From: a virus | Lineage: Duplodnaviria; Caudoviricetes | Virus record (IMG/VR): IMGVR_UViG_3300021431_000075 | Span: 128,001 to 192,000 of that record | Reading direction: 5' to 3' (one strand) | DNA length: 64,000 nt | Shown here: positions 39,454 to 47,195 of the stretch, in pieces | How the letters are laid out: every line of letters begins with the position of its first letter | Numbering within the stretch: position 1 is the stretch's first letter | Notes under the pieces: model-generated | Seen by the model: only the letters and a program-made list of their open reading frames with translations | Database searches by the model: none | Told to the model about the DNA's origin: nothing | Position numbers and translations under genes: made by a program

Positions 39454-39655
39454 AAACCTACTAAGAAACAGTTATCCGAACTTCACTGCCTCATCAGTGG
39501 GCGCTCTTGTGATATAGATGAAATTGTTAAATTAGAAGAAGAATTAAAAGAATTATGAAATGGGTTCACGGCACAATTAAAGAAGCATGGAAATACATTC
39601 AGAATTGAAGAAGACCGAAAACAAGACTCTTGAACCTATAAAATAGATTATTAAA

Positions 39656-40246
39656 ATGAATAACCAGAAAGCAATAACAAACAGAAAAAATCTCTATGCG
39701 TTCAAAGGCAAGCTTCTTGCTTTCCTGCTTCGGCATGACAAGATGTACGACTTCGACCAGCACGGCTGGCGCAAAGTCAGCGACTTGACTGAAAACCACG
39801 GGTTCACTGTCAGCGAACTGGAAGAAATCGTAGAGAAAGACAACAAGAACAGATACGAGTTCTCGGATGACAAGAGCAGCATCCGGGCAAGACAAGGACA
39901 CAGCATATCCGTCGATGTGGAACTTGATGAGAAAACTCCGCCGGATGTGCTATATCACGGAACCGCAAGCCGATTCATCAGTTCCATAATGGACCAGGGA
40001 ATCATGAAAATGACAAGACTGTATGTCCATCTTTCCGCTACGTTCGACACCGCCATCAATGTAGGCAAGCGTCACGGAACCCCTGCCGTCCTGACAATAG
40101 ACAGCAAGAAGATGGCTTCTGACGGTTGCAAATTCTACCTGAGCACAAACGGAGTCTGGCTGACAGACTTCGTAGATGTCAAATATATAAACGGAATATG
40201 GGAAAACCGCTTGGATGAGTATTCACCAAATCAAGAAAAGCAATGA
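39656..40246 (+). CDS. kptA: RNA 2'-phosphotransferase (Tpt1/KptA)
   Basis: LLRH, DNKNRY, IRARQGHS, LYHGT, RLYVHLS, NGVWLT. Confidence 0.92.
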   Translation: MNNQKAITNRKNLYAFKGKLLAFLLRHDKMYDFDQHGWRKVSDLTENHGFTVSELEEIVEKDNKNRYEFSDDKSSIRARQGHSISVDVELDEKTPPDVLYHGTASRFISSIMDQGIMKMTRLYVHLSATFDTAINVGKRHGTPAVLTIDSKKMASDGCKFYLSTNGVWLTDFVDVKYINGIWENRLDEYSPNQEKQ

Positions 40247-40620
40247 ACAAGGATAAAGTCATAGAAGAACTGCAGAAAAAGATAAGGGAATGCGAAGCAG
40301 CCGCAATGAAAGAAGATGAAGGAACACCTCTTGTCGAATCATCATCATGCTTCATATACGGAATGGCTGCAGGTCTTGAAGATGCAATCAAGGTAATAAA
40401 CGATGAGAAGATAGAAAGCACGAAACCAGATTCTGCATTGGATGATAACAACAATCTTGAGAATCTCATCAAGGAAAACATAGACTCTGTCCTGTTCGAC
40501 TTGGATGGCGTTGCAGTCAAAGGTGCTACATCCTATCTGACAGTCGATGATGTCCGGGAAATAGCAAGATTATTCTTCAAACTCGGAATGGATGCAGGTT
40601 CATCATTACATGAACAATAA
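40243..40620 (+). CDS. hypothetical protein
   Basis: NKDKVIEEL...G.AAGLEDA resembles the tail of 15507..17534; IARLFFKLG motif. Confidence 0.75.
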   Translation: MNKDKVIEELQKKIRECEAAAMKEDEGTPLVESSSCFIYGMAAGLEDAIKVINDEKIESTKPDSALDDNNNLENLIKENIDSVLFDLDGVAVKGATSYLTVDDVREIARLFFKLGMDAGSSLHEQ

Positions 40621-40633
40621 AAAACGACAGCAT

Positions 40634-41176
40634 ATGGAAACCCGAATCAACGACAGCATCTGTTCAAACTGTGCATATTGCACAGAAGGCTCCTGCGGGC
40701 TTGCTGACGACCTTGGAAAGTCCAAGGATGATAACTTGTGCTATAACTTCATCAAGACGCCATCAAAAACGATTTATGATTATTCAGATGTCATCTATCC
40801 AGATGAACCGAGATTCATATCAAAGCAGATGATAGAAAAGTTCATCTCGAAAGGGTACGACATCAACAGAAAGTTGTTTCCGTTCAATCCACAGACCGGA
40901 GAAAAGAAAGAAACGGTTGTCATCTGCAGAGAGAATGCAGATTCTCCACTCATTGAACCGACTCACCATGAAGTCCAGCAATGGCTCCGAACAGAACACG
41001 GAATCACCATAGCGATTCTTCCGAGAAAGAAAGACAGTCAAGACTCGTATATGACCGCTTACATTTCAAAGAGAATCAAAGACAAGCAAATCCTTCTTCC
41101 GGAATTCATAGACGGAAAGACAACGGAAGAAACCCTGGATAATGCTTATGATTACATCTTGGAGAAAGTGATTTAG
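40634..41176 (+). CDS. hypothetical protein (N-terminal Cys cluster; PT..EVQQWLR..HGI motif)
   Basis: Probable start METRIND at 40634. Confidence 0.7.
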   Translation: METRINDSICSNCAYCTEGSCGLADDLGKSKDDNLCYNFIKTPSKTIYDYSDVIYPDEPRFISKQMIEKFISKGYDINRKLFPFNPQTGEKKETVVICRENADSPLIEPTHHEVQQWLRTEHGITIAILPRKKDSQDSYMTAYISKRIKDKQILLPEFIDGKTTEETLDNAYDYILEKVI

Positions 41177-41197
41177 ACTTCTTGAAAGACTACAAAA

Positions 41198-41240
41198 AGA
41201 AAAGAGATAACGCGGACTGATTTGCATTATCTCTTTTTTT
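41198..41240. terminator. intrinsic terminator at convergence point
   Basis: aaaagagataa...ttatctctttttttt. Confidence 0.7.
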
Positions 41241-41401
41241 TGCGTTACGTGTTTATGTATAATTTTTAGATATAAGTTCCTTACTTGTACTGACATTAGC
41301 ATTTTATTGCTTGCATATCTAATTATTGTATAAGCATTATAGTTCACCAGCCGTTCTGACAATAGACAGCAAGAGAATGACTTCAGGCATTGTCACAGTT
41401 T

Positions 41402-41620
41402 TTATTCATATAGCACATTTCCAATCCGAATAGACTTATGATTGACAAGAACATATTCATCTTGTTCTGAAAAATCAAAGAACCATCCAATCATCTTGTT
41501 GTCACCATCAATAGAATATTTTTGTTCTTTGATACAGACTCCTGTTATCAAATGTTCATCACCATTATCTTTCTTAACTATATCTCCGATAATGAATTTC
41601 GGTCTGATTATTTTATTCAT
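41402..41620 (-). CDS. small PKFIIGD SH3-like protein
   Basis: PKFIIGDIV...FSEQDEY, the same small domain seen in 9903 and 26144. Confidence 0.65.
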   Translation of the reverse strand: MNKIIRPKFIIGDIVKKDNGDEHLITGVCIKEQKYSIDGDNKMIGWFFDFSEQDEYVLVNHKSIRIGNVLYE

Positions 41621-42302
41621 ATAACTGATTAACTTGTTCGCTATACATGCTATATTGCTGCTGTTGCGTAACTACAATTGTTGAATTCACATCAGGTCCA
41701 AGAATAAAGTTACCTGTTCCGGAATTGCTGAAAAGTTTATTAGAAACCTTATCATACATGAAACCTGTTAAACCTATACGATATGGAACAACATCCATTA
41801 TCAAAACATCATTCTTGAACACTTTAATATTATATAATCGCAATCTTATTTTAGAACAGAATAATCTAAATGGTTTTGTGTTTTGATTACCTTTTGTTGT
41901 CTTATAAGTAATTCTGGTTTTGTTATATGAACCTCCAGTTATTTCGCCATAATCTGGATATAATTTTAGATTATATATAACATTCTTAATTGTACTGACA
42001 TTAGTATTTCCATTGCTTGCTAATCTACCATTAGTAACCATTATGGCACCATCGCTTGCATATCTAATTATTCTATAAGCATTGCTCTGTTCATTAGTAT
42101 AGCATCCAAAAATCAACGGATACTTCCCAACGTCACTCAAATCACCTCTACGCATAAATCTTGCTTCTATAGTATTGTCATAATCAGTAAGAACAATGTC
42201 GGTATCCATTATTTGATAACCATCACTTTCAAGATACTCAATTTCAGATTCATATTTAGGCGCAATTAACAACTGTCTTCTATAATGATTTCCGTTAATC
42301 AT
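41613..42302 (-). CDS. putative adhesin/lectin-like beta-sandwich protein
   Basis: EIEYLESDGYQIMDT start and GFMYDKVSNKLFSNSGTGNFILGP end, typical of Bacteroidota-phage surface proteins. Confidence 0.6.
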   Translation of the reverse strand: MINGNHYRRQLLIAPKYESEIEYLESDGYQIMDTDIVLTDYDNTIEARFMRRGDLSDVGKYPLIFGCYTNEQSNAYRIIRYASDGAIMVTNGRLASNGNTNVSTIKNVIYNLKLYPDYGEITGGSYNKTRITYKTTKGNQNTKPFRLFCSKIRLRLYNIKVFKNDVLIMDVVPYRIGLTGFMYDKVSNKLFSNSGTGNFILGPDVNSTIVVTQQQQYSMYSEQVNQLYE

Positions 42303-42310
42303 GGATTTTG

Positions 42311-42371
42311 GCGTGCTTCTTTAAAATTCTGTTTATTTATTGCCAAAAAAAAAAGAAAAATTGAACATACT
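42311..42371 (-). repeat. shared upstream element, copy 1 (TAAATA, poly-A, GAACATACT)
   Basis: ttctttaaaattctgtttatttattgcc-A10-g-A5-ttgaacatact. Confidence 0.9.
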
Positions 42372-42428
42372 ATAACAATAAATAACTAACTAATTATCAA
42401 GAAATTAACACTTAAAAATCAAAAAAGT

Positions 42429-43250
42429 TTATGATTGCATCTCAACTTTCGTCCAGTTGTACTTTCCAAGATAGTAGTTTCCAGTTCCCATCCAGACATC
42501 ATAGCCTGTGCTACCAGCCGGGACATAAAGAGTGCCGTCAGTTTTTATATCTTGAAATGCAGTGTATACTAATGACGGTGCTGTTGTTGCTCTGCAAATA
42601 ATTGTTTTCAAATTTACACAAGCGTTAAATGCTCTATCACCAATAGAAGTTAATGTAGATGGAAAATCAATAATTTCTAATCGAGTTGCAGCCCAAAATG
42701 CACCGTAATTAATGGAAGTAACTGATTCTGGTATTATTGTATTATAACAACCAAGCACTAAATTGTTACTCTTTGTGCTAATTACGGCATTACAATTATC
42801 TCTTGAATCATAAGTATTATTTTCGCTGGAAACGATTATTTGTGACAAACTACGAAGACCTGTGTGCCAAGCACCAATATTCTTAACATTTTTTGGAATA
42901 TATAATGATGTTAAACTACTCAAATTTTGTAATGCATAAGCTTTAATAGTTTGTATTGAAACAGGTAATTTTATTGAAGAAAGATTTCTCATATCTTTAA
43001 AACCTCGTGATGGAATAGAAGTGACATTGGTAAAGTGTTCAAATTCATCAAAATGAGTAATTGCAGTTTTATTTGAAAATACAGTACCTATATCTGTAAC
43101 TGCTTGTGCTTCTGACAATGTCATATAATACTTGCTTGCACACCAACCTTGTGCATAACACACAGCAAGTACTTCCGGATTACTCACAATTGTCATAATT
43201 GCATCATCTGGAATGTTATCCAAACCTTCCATCAATCTTCGTCTGAACAT
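42429..43250 (-). CDS. BspA-type leucine-rich-repeat protein
   Basis: LSSIKLPVSIQTI, IIPESVTSINYGAF, FPSTLTSIGDRAF..CVNL (LRR_5 pattern). Confidence 0.88.
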   Translation of the reverse strand: MFRRRLMEGLDNIPDDAIMTIVSNPEVLAVCYAQGWCASKYYMTLSEAQAVTDIGTVFSNKTAITHFDEFEHFTNVTSIPSRGFKDMRNLSSIKLPVSIQTIKAYALQNLSSLTSLYIPKNVKNIGAWHTGLRSLSQIIVSSENNTYDSRDNCNAVISTKSNNLVLGCYNTIIPESVTSINYGAFWAATRLEIIDFPSTLTSIGDRAFNACVNLKTIICRATTAPSLVYTAFQDIKTDGTLYVPAGSTGYDVWMGTGNYYLGKYNWTKVEMQS

Positions 43251-43260
43251 CTTGAAAATA

Positions 43261-43319
43261 GCAAGTTCTTTAAAATCTGTTTATTTATTGCCAAAAAAAA
43301 AAGAAAAATCGAACATACT
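43261..43319 (-). repeat. shared upstream element, copy 2
   Basis: ttctttaaaatctgtttatttattgcc-A10-g-A5-tcgaacatact. Confidence 0.9.
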
Positions 43320-43390
43320 TATGAAATAAAAAAGAAGCATATTAAAAAAATACACTTCAATTTATTTCAATTAATCAATAAACAGATTTC

Positions 43391-44008
43391 TCAACTAATC
43401 AACTTATGTACTTCTGCAACTTCAAATGATGTCAAAGCCTTATTAAACAACAAGAAGTTTCTTGTATATATTCTCATATTGTTCGGCGACTTGATGTTTA
43501 TCGTTGAATAGTTCCATATGTCAGGATAAGAACCGGAATCATCATTAATGAACAATGAGCGATTTTCATAAATCTCTCTATGACCACTCTTGTACCTGAC
43601 AATTACCCCTTCGTTCCAAGAGTCATTCGTCCAGTTTGCTGTGCTTGACGTGTTGTTCTGATAACCTGACGCAATCTTGACACCATTGACATCAAACAAT
43701 GCAGCAGTAGAATGGAATGTCGAATTCTCGTATCTGCGGACTTGGCTGAATGTCGTATAATTTCCGTTATCAAAATCATCAGAAGTCAAATCTGAAATGT
43801 TTATATATGCAATACGTTCAACTGTAGTTATAAGATAACTTCCGCTTGCCTGTGGTGTAAGCGTCCCGCGTTCCTTGACGATTGTCCTTCCGCCAATAAC
43901 ATCATTCAACCCATATGTAGCATTCAAGGGAAACCACATCAAACAACCAATATCTTTCAGTCTCTCGAATTTGGTTATGTCAGTCATCAGAAAATGTCTC
44001 CGTTGCAT
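43391..44008 (-). CDS. putative ConA/LamG-like protein
   Basis: WFPLN...DVIG start and RNFLLFNKALT..EV end are LamG-like. Confidence 0.6.
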   Translation of the reverse strand: MQRRHFLMTDITKFERLKDIGCLMWFPLNATYGLNDVIGGRTIVKERGTLTPQASGSYLITTVERIAYINISDLTSDDFDNGNYTTFSQVRRYENSTFHSTAALFDVNGVKIASGYQNNTSSTANWTNDSWNEGVIVRYKSGHREIYENRSLFINDDSGSYPDIWNYSTINIKSPNNMRIYTRNFLLFNKALTSFEVAEVHKLIS

Positions 44009-44017
44009 CTTGTTTTG

Positions 44018-44076
44018 GCGTACTTCTTAAAATTCTGTTTATTTATTGCCAAAAAAAAAGAAAAAATGAACATACT
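44018..44076 (-). repeat. shared upstream element, copy 3
   Basis: cttcttaaaattctgtttatttattgcc-A9-g-A6-tgaacatact. Confidence 0.9.
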
Positions 44077-44084
44077 CTTGCAAT

Positions 44085-44120
44085 AAAAAAGAGAGATTAC
44101 CACCGGGCAATCTCTCAAAA
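44085..44120 (-). terminator. intrinsic terminator
   Basis: Minus strand gagagattg-cccggtgg-taatctctc followed by T6. Confidence 0.7.
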
Positions 44121-44142
44121 ACAAAAACATTAAAATCTATTT

Positions 44143-44676
44143 CTATTTCACAAACTTCAAATAGACCATGTTCTTATCGCTTCTATATTTCTTGAAACCA
44201 TTCTTCTCATGAAATAACAGAGAAACTTCATTACTCTTGTTTACGCTTGACTTGACCGCTCCGTGTTTGACAGCATATTTCAATAACCTGCTGCCAAGAT
44301 GCAGTTCTCTGTACTTCGGATGGACCCAGATTCCTTTAATCCACTCTCCGCTATATCCAACATAACCGACCAGCGTTCTCTTCTTAAAATATGCAATTCC
44401 ATCCACATCATCCTGCATATGGATTAGCAAGTTGTCAGAACTCTTGTACTTGTCTATGATTTCCTGAGTCAGTTTCCTGCGCTCAAGTCCGGAAACTGCA
44501 GACTTTCTTTTCTTTCTTGACTTCTTCTCTATCAGCAAACCAACCAAAAAACTTTCAACTGTCTCTGCAAGCATAGAACTGAAATCGTCATCAGAACAAT
44601 CAAAAGCAAATGATTCATCAAGAACCTTTTCAAGTTGTCTGTTTATTGAAATTTCATAACTATCTAAATAGTGCAT
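44143..44676 (-). CDS. GNAT-family acetyltransferase
   Basis: IWVHPKYRELHLGSRLL (motif A) and VNKSNEVSLLFHEKNGF (motif B). Confidence 0.8.
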   Translation of the reverse strand: MHYLDSYEISINRQLEKVLDESFAFDCSDDDFSSMLAETVESFLVGLLIEKKSRKKRKSAVSGLERRKLTQEIIDKYKSSDNLLIHMQDDVDGIAYFKKRTLVGYVGYSGEWIKGIWVHPKYRELHLGSRLLKYAVKHGAVKSSVNKSNEVSLLFHEKNGFKKYRSDKNMVYLKFVK

Positions 44677-44802
44677 TTATCAAAAAAAAGAAAGAAATTT
44701 TTTTATTTATCAAATCATCAAAAAGAGCCGCATATCTGCATCAAGCAAGATATACGACTCTCGGAATCAAAGAAAAATACAAAAATGCATATGTAACTTT
44801 TT

Positions 44803-45054
44803 TTATCCTGCCATATACGGCTTCCCTCTTTGCACAAGAGCATCCAGAACTCTGAACACAGGAACTTCAAGCACAGGATGATTCCATTCATCCTTGTGCA
44901 AATTCCAATGACTATATTCAAGAACAAACTCTGCAATGGGCTTCAGGTCATCGTCGATGTACTTCATCCTTGAGGATACTTCAACTGTATCGTCTATCTT
45001 TACGTTCGGTCTCTCGAAAAATCTTTCGTCTGCCATATATTTCGCCTTTGTCAA
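44803..45054 (-). CDS. hypothetical protein
   Basis: 83-aa ORF downstream of the tRNA. Confidence 0.6.
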   Translation of the reverse strand: MTKAKYMADERFFERPNVKIDDTVEVSSRMKYIDDDLKPIAEFVLEYSHWNLHKDEWNHPVLEVPVFRVLDALVQRGKPYMAG

Positions 45055-45060
45055 TTCAAG

Positions 45061-45134
45061 TGATCCAGAAGGGATTCGAACCCTTGACCCGCAGCTTAGA
45101 AGGCTGCTGCTCTATCCAGCTGAGCTACCGGACC
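45061..45134 (-). tRNA. tRNA-Arg (anticodon UCU), CCA not encoded
   Basis: GGTCCGG-TAGCTCAGCTGGATAGAGC-A-GCAGC-CTTCTAA-GCTGC-GGGTC-AAGGG-TTCGAAT-CCCTT-CTGGATC-A cloverleaf. Confidence 0.95.
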
Positions 45135-45181
45135 ATCATCTGATTATAGTATACAACGGAATCTTGAAATAGTTTAAATTA

Positions 45182-45811
45182 TCAAATATCGAACTTGTAA
45201 CCGAGAGTTATCTGGAACACACTGTTGCGAGCATCAGTGTCTTTTGCAACTTTCGTGACTCCGATATTATATCTTCCATCAAGAACGAAGTTCTTGAACT
45301 CATATGATACACCAACTGGTATAGAAAAATCGAATGTATTCATATCAACAATATCTGAATTCACAGTTTTCCCATCAATCGTCAAATCAGTAGACGCTTC
45401 GATGCCGAACTGAAAACCGAACTTAAACGCAAATCCTTTCATAAGATAAGCATTTATCACAAACGGAAGCGTAATATAATGCAAATTTATCTTCGCGTCA
45501 TATTTCAGCCAATCATAGTAGTATGTGATTGCTCCGTTGCTTGAAGAAAAAGATTCAAACGTATAATAATAACCTTTCGCTCCCTGCATAGAGTACATAA
45601 CTCCGCCTGCAAAACTGAACGTCTCCGTCAGCTGGTATTCCGCTTCAAGCCCTGCTGCAAGACCGACTTTCTTCTTTGCTTCCGAATCATCTGCGAAATC
45701 AGAAATATTGATGCCGACTTTCGGCTGAATAGTGAACCTTCCGGGCTGCTCTTGAGCAGAACCGATAATGCATATACAAACAAGTATCAAAAAACTAACA
45801 AATCTTTTCAT
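45182..45811 (-). CDS. outer-membrane beta-barrel (Bacteroidota porin-family) protein
   Basis: Signal peptide (..GSA-QEQ), IQPKVGIN, YSMQGAK, DFSIPVGVSYEF, RYNIG, C-terminal LGYKF. Confidence 0.88.
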   Translation of the reverse strand: MKRFVSFLILVCICIIGSAQEQPGRFTIQPKVGINISDFADDSEAKKKVGLAAGLEAEYQLTETFSFAGGVMYSMQGAKGYYYTFESFSSSNGAITYYYDWLKYDAKINLHYITLPFVINAYLMKGFAFKFGFQFGIEASTDLTIDGKTVNSDIVDMNTFDFSIPVGVSYEFKNFVLDGRYNIGVTKVAKDTDARNSVFQITLGYKFDI

Positions 45812-45850
45812 AATTTCTCAAAATTAACTTAATTAAACTTATATTGTATT

Positions 45851-45892
45851 AAAAACATAGATTTATATAAAGAATATAAACTATATGTTTTC
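45851..45892. other. AT-rich imperfect hairpin at the tnpB 3' end (candidate right end / omegaRNA part)
   Basis: aaaacatagatttatat...atataaactatatgtttt. Confidence 0.5.
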
Positions 45893-45894
45893 AT

Positions 45895-47148
45895 TCAAGG
45901 GTTGATTCTCAACACCTCTGGCGATACAACGTCGCCTCTATCCCGTAAGTTCTTAAGTTGAACATTCGAGATTGCTTTTCCTTTCCTTAGGATTCCTATG
46001 GCACCGTTTATGTCTGCATTGAGTTCCTTTCCAGTCGAACTCTTGAACAAGCCTCTCTTGACTCGCTTTCCAAGATACTTGTCATGGTGCTCCATAGTCT
46101 CATAAGCCAAGTGGTCGCACTTGCTTGTGTAGCTTTCTTCGACTACGACTACCTTGAGATTCTCATAGCGTTTCGCCTTGTATTGCAACGTCTTAATCAG
46201 ATCGTTGAACGGAACAGAAACGAAGTTCTGGTTGTTCTTTCTTCCCATATTCGCATTCTGCTTCCATCCCTTGTTATGACCTATGTAGATGGTTGAAATC
46301 CTGTTCTCTATACAGAGCATTATGATTCTGTTTGCAACAGCATGTATGAAGTTGTACATCTTGTGCTTACGTTTCATGGAGAGTCTGTCAAGCGCACGAC
46401 TTGATTCTTGATTCTTGTTGCAATTTGCAAGTTCAGAGTACAGTTTCGCTCTCTTCTTGTTGTAGTACTGGTTGATGCTCTTCAATGGACCACCCTTAAC
46501 GACATAAGAAATGCTCTTGTCGTTTGAAGTTATGGCACAGAAGTTGTTTAATCCAATATCTATTCCAATAGATGAACGCTTGTCTGAATCTATTCTTTCC
46601 TTATTTGAATCGTCATTATATACAATGCATATCTTCACTTTGCCGTAGTACGGCTTCAGTATCAATTGGTGTATGCTCTTGATGTCTATCTGTTTTGGAA
46701 TCACAATGCATTCCGTTGTACAAGGCAGAGTAATCGAGTGTTCTGTCTTCTTCTTTCCCTTTTTGAACCTCGAACTGTTTACATAGACTGTCGCATAATT
46801 CTTGCGCTTGTACAAGTAGTTCGGTATCCTCGGCTTTTTGTCAAACAGTTCTGGATGCTCCTTGTACCTCATCACAGCCTTGATATACTTGTTCCAGTTC
46901 TTTATAACTTCCCTTATCTGATCCTCACGGAGAACATAGTCCAGTTTCGAGTTCTTGAACACGTCGGTTTCTTTCACCAGCTTGCGCAAGTCATTGTATT
47001 TATATGTCTTTACGTCTCCCTGCTTTTTTGTCTCGAAGTATCTCTGTCTCTGGAAGTACAGAGCCTTGTCATATATAGACAACGCTTCCGACATCATTCC
47101 ATGAATGGTGTCGTTTGCCTCCGTTACTATGCTCCAAGACCTTATCAT
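45895..47148 (-). CDS. tnpB: TnpB RNA-guided endonuclease (no adjacent tnpA)
   Basis: IGIDIGLNN, IYIGHNKGWKQ, VEESYTSKCDHL, RVKRGLF, LNADINGA. Confidence 0.9.
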   Translation of the reverse strand: MIRSWSIVTEANDTIHGMMSEALSIYDKALYFQRQRYFETKKQGDVKTYKYNDLRKLVKETDVFKNSKLDYVLREDQIREVIKNWNKYIKAVMRYKEHPELFDKKPRIPNYLYKRKNYATVYVNSSRFKKGKKKTEHSITLPCTTECIVIPKQIDIKSIHQLILKPYYGKVKICIVYNDDSNKERIDSDKRSSIGIDIGLNNFCAITSNDKSISYVVKGGPLKSINQYYNKKRAKLYSELANCNKNQESSRALDRLSMKRKHKMYNFIHAVANRIIMLCIENRISTIYIGHNKGWKQNANMGRKNNQNFVSVPFNDLIKTLQYKAKRYENLKVVVVEESYTSKCDHLAYETMEHHDKYLGKRVKRGLFKSSTGKELNADINGAIGILRKGKAISNVQLKNLRDRGDVVSPEVLRINP

Positions 47149-47195
47149 ATTTATATAACTATATGGTATTTATCTACTTATATACATTCAAAAAC

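Noticed and set aside
39555-39640. Possible fifth Trp-to-TGA case in the tiny ORF MKWVHGTIKEAWKYIQN*RRPK
   Set aside because: No homologous sequence in the window shows that Trp is expected there.
42311-44076. Integron-like attC cassettes or invertible promoters
   Set aside because: The repeats are direct, lack attC-like palindromes, and no integrase or invertase is present in the window.
45812-47195. Exact ends of the third TnpB element
   Set aside because: It lies between genes in AT-rich sequence, so no empty site can be reconstructed.
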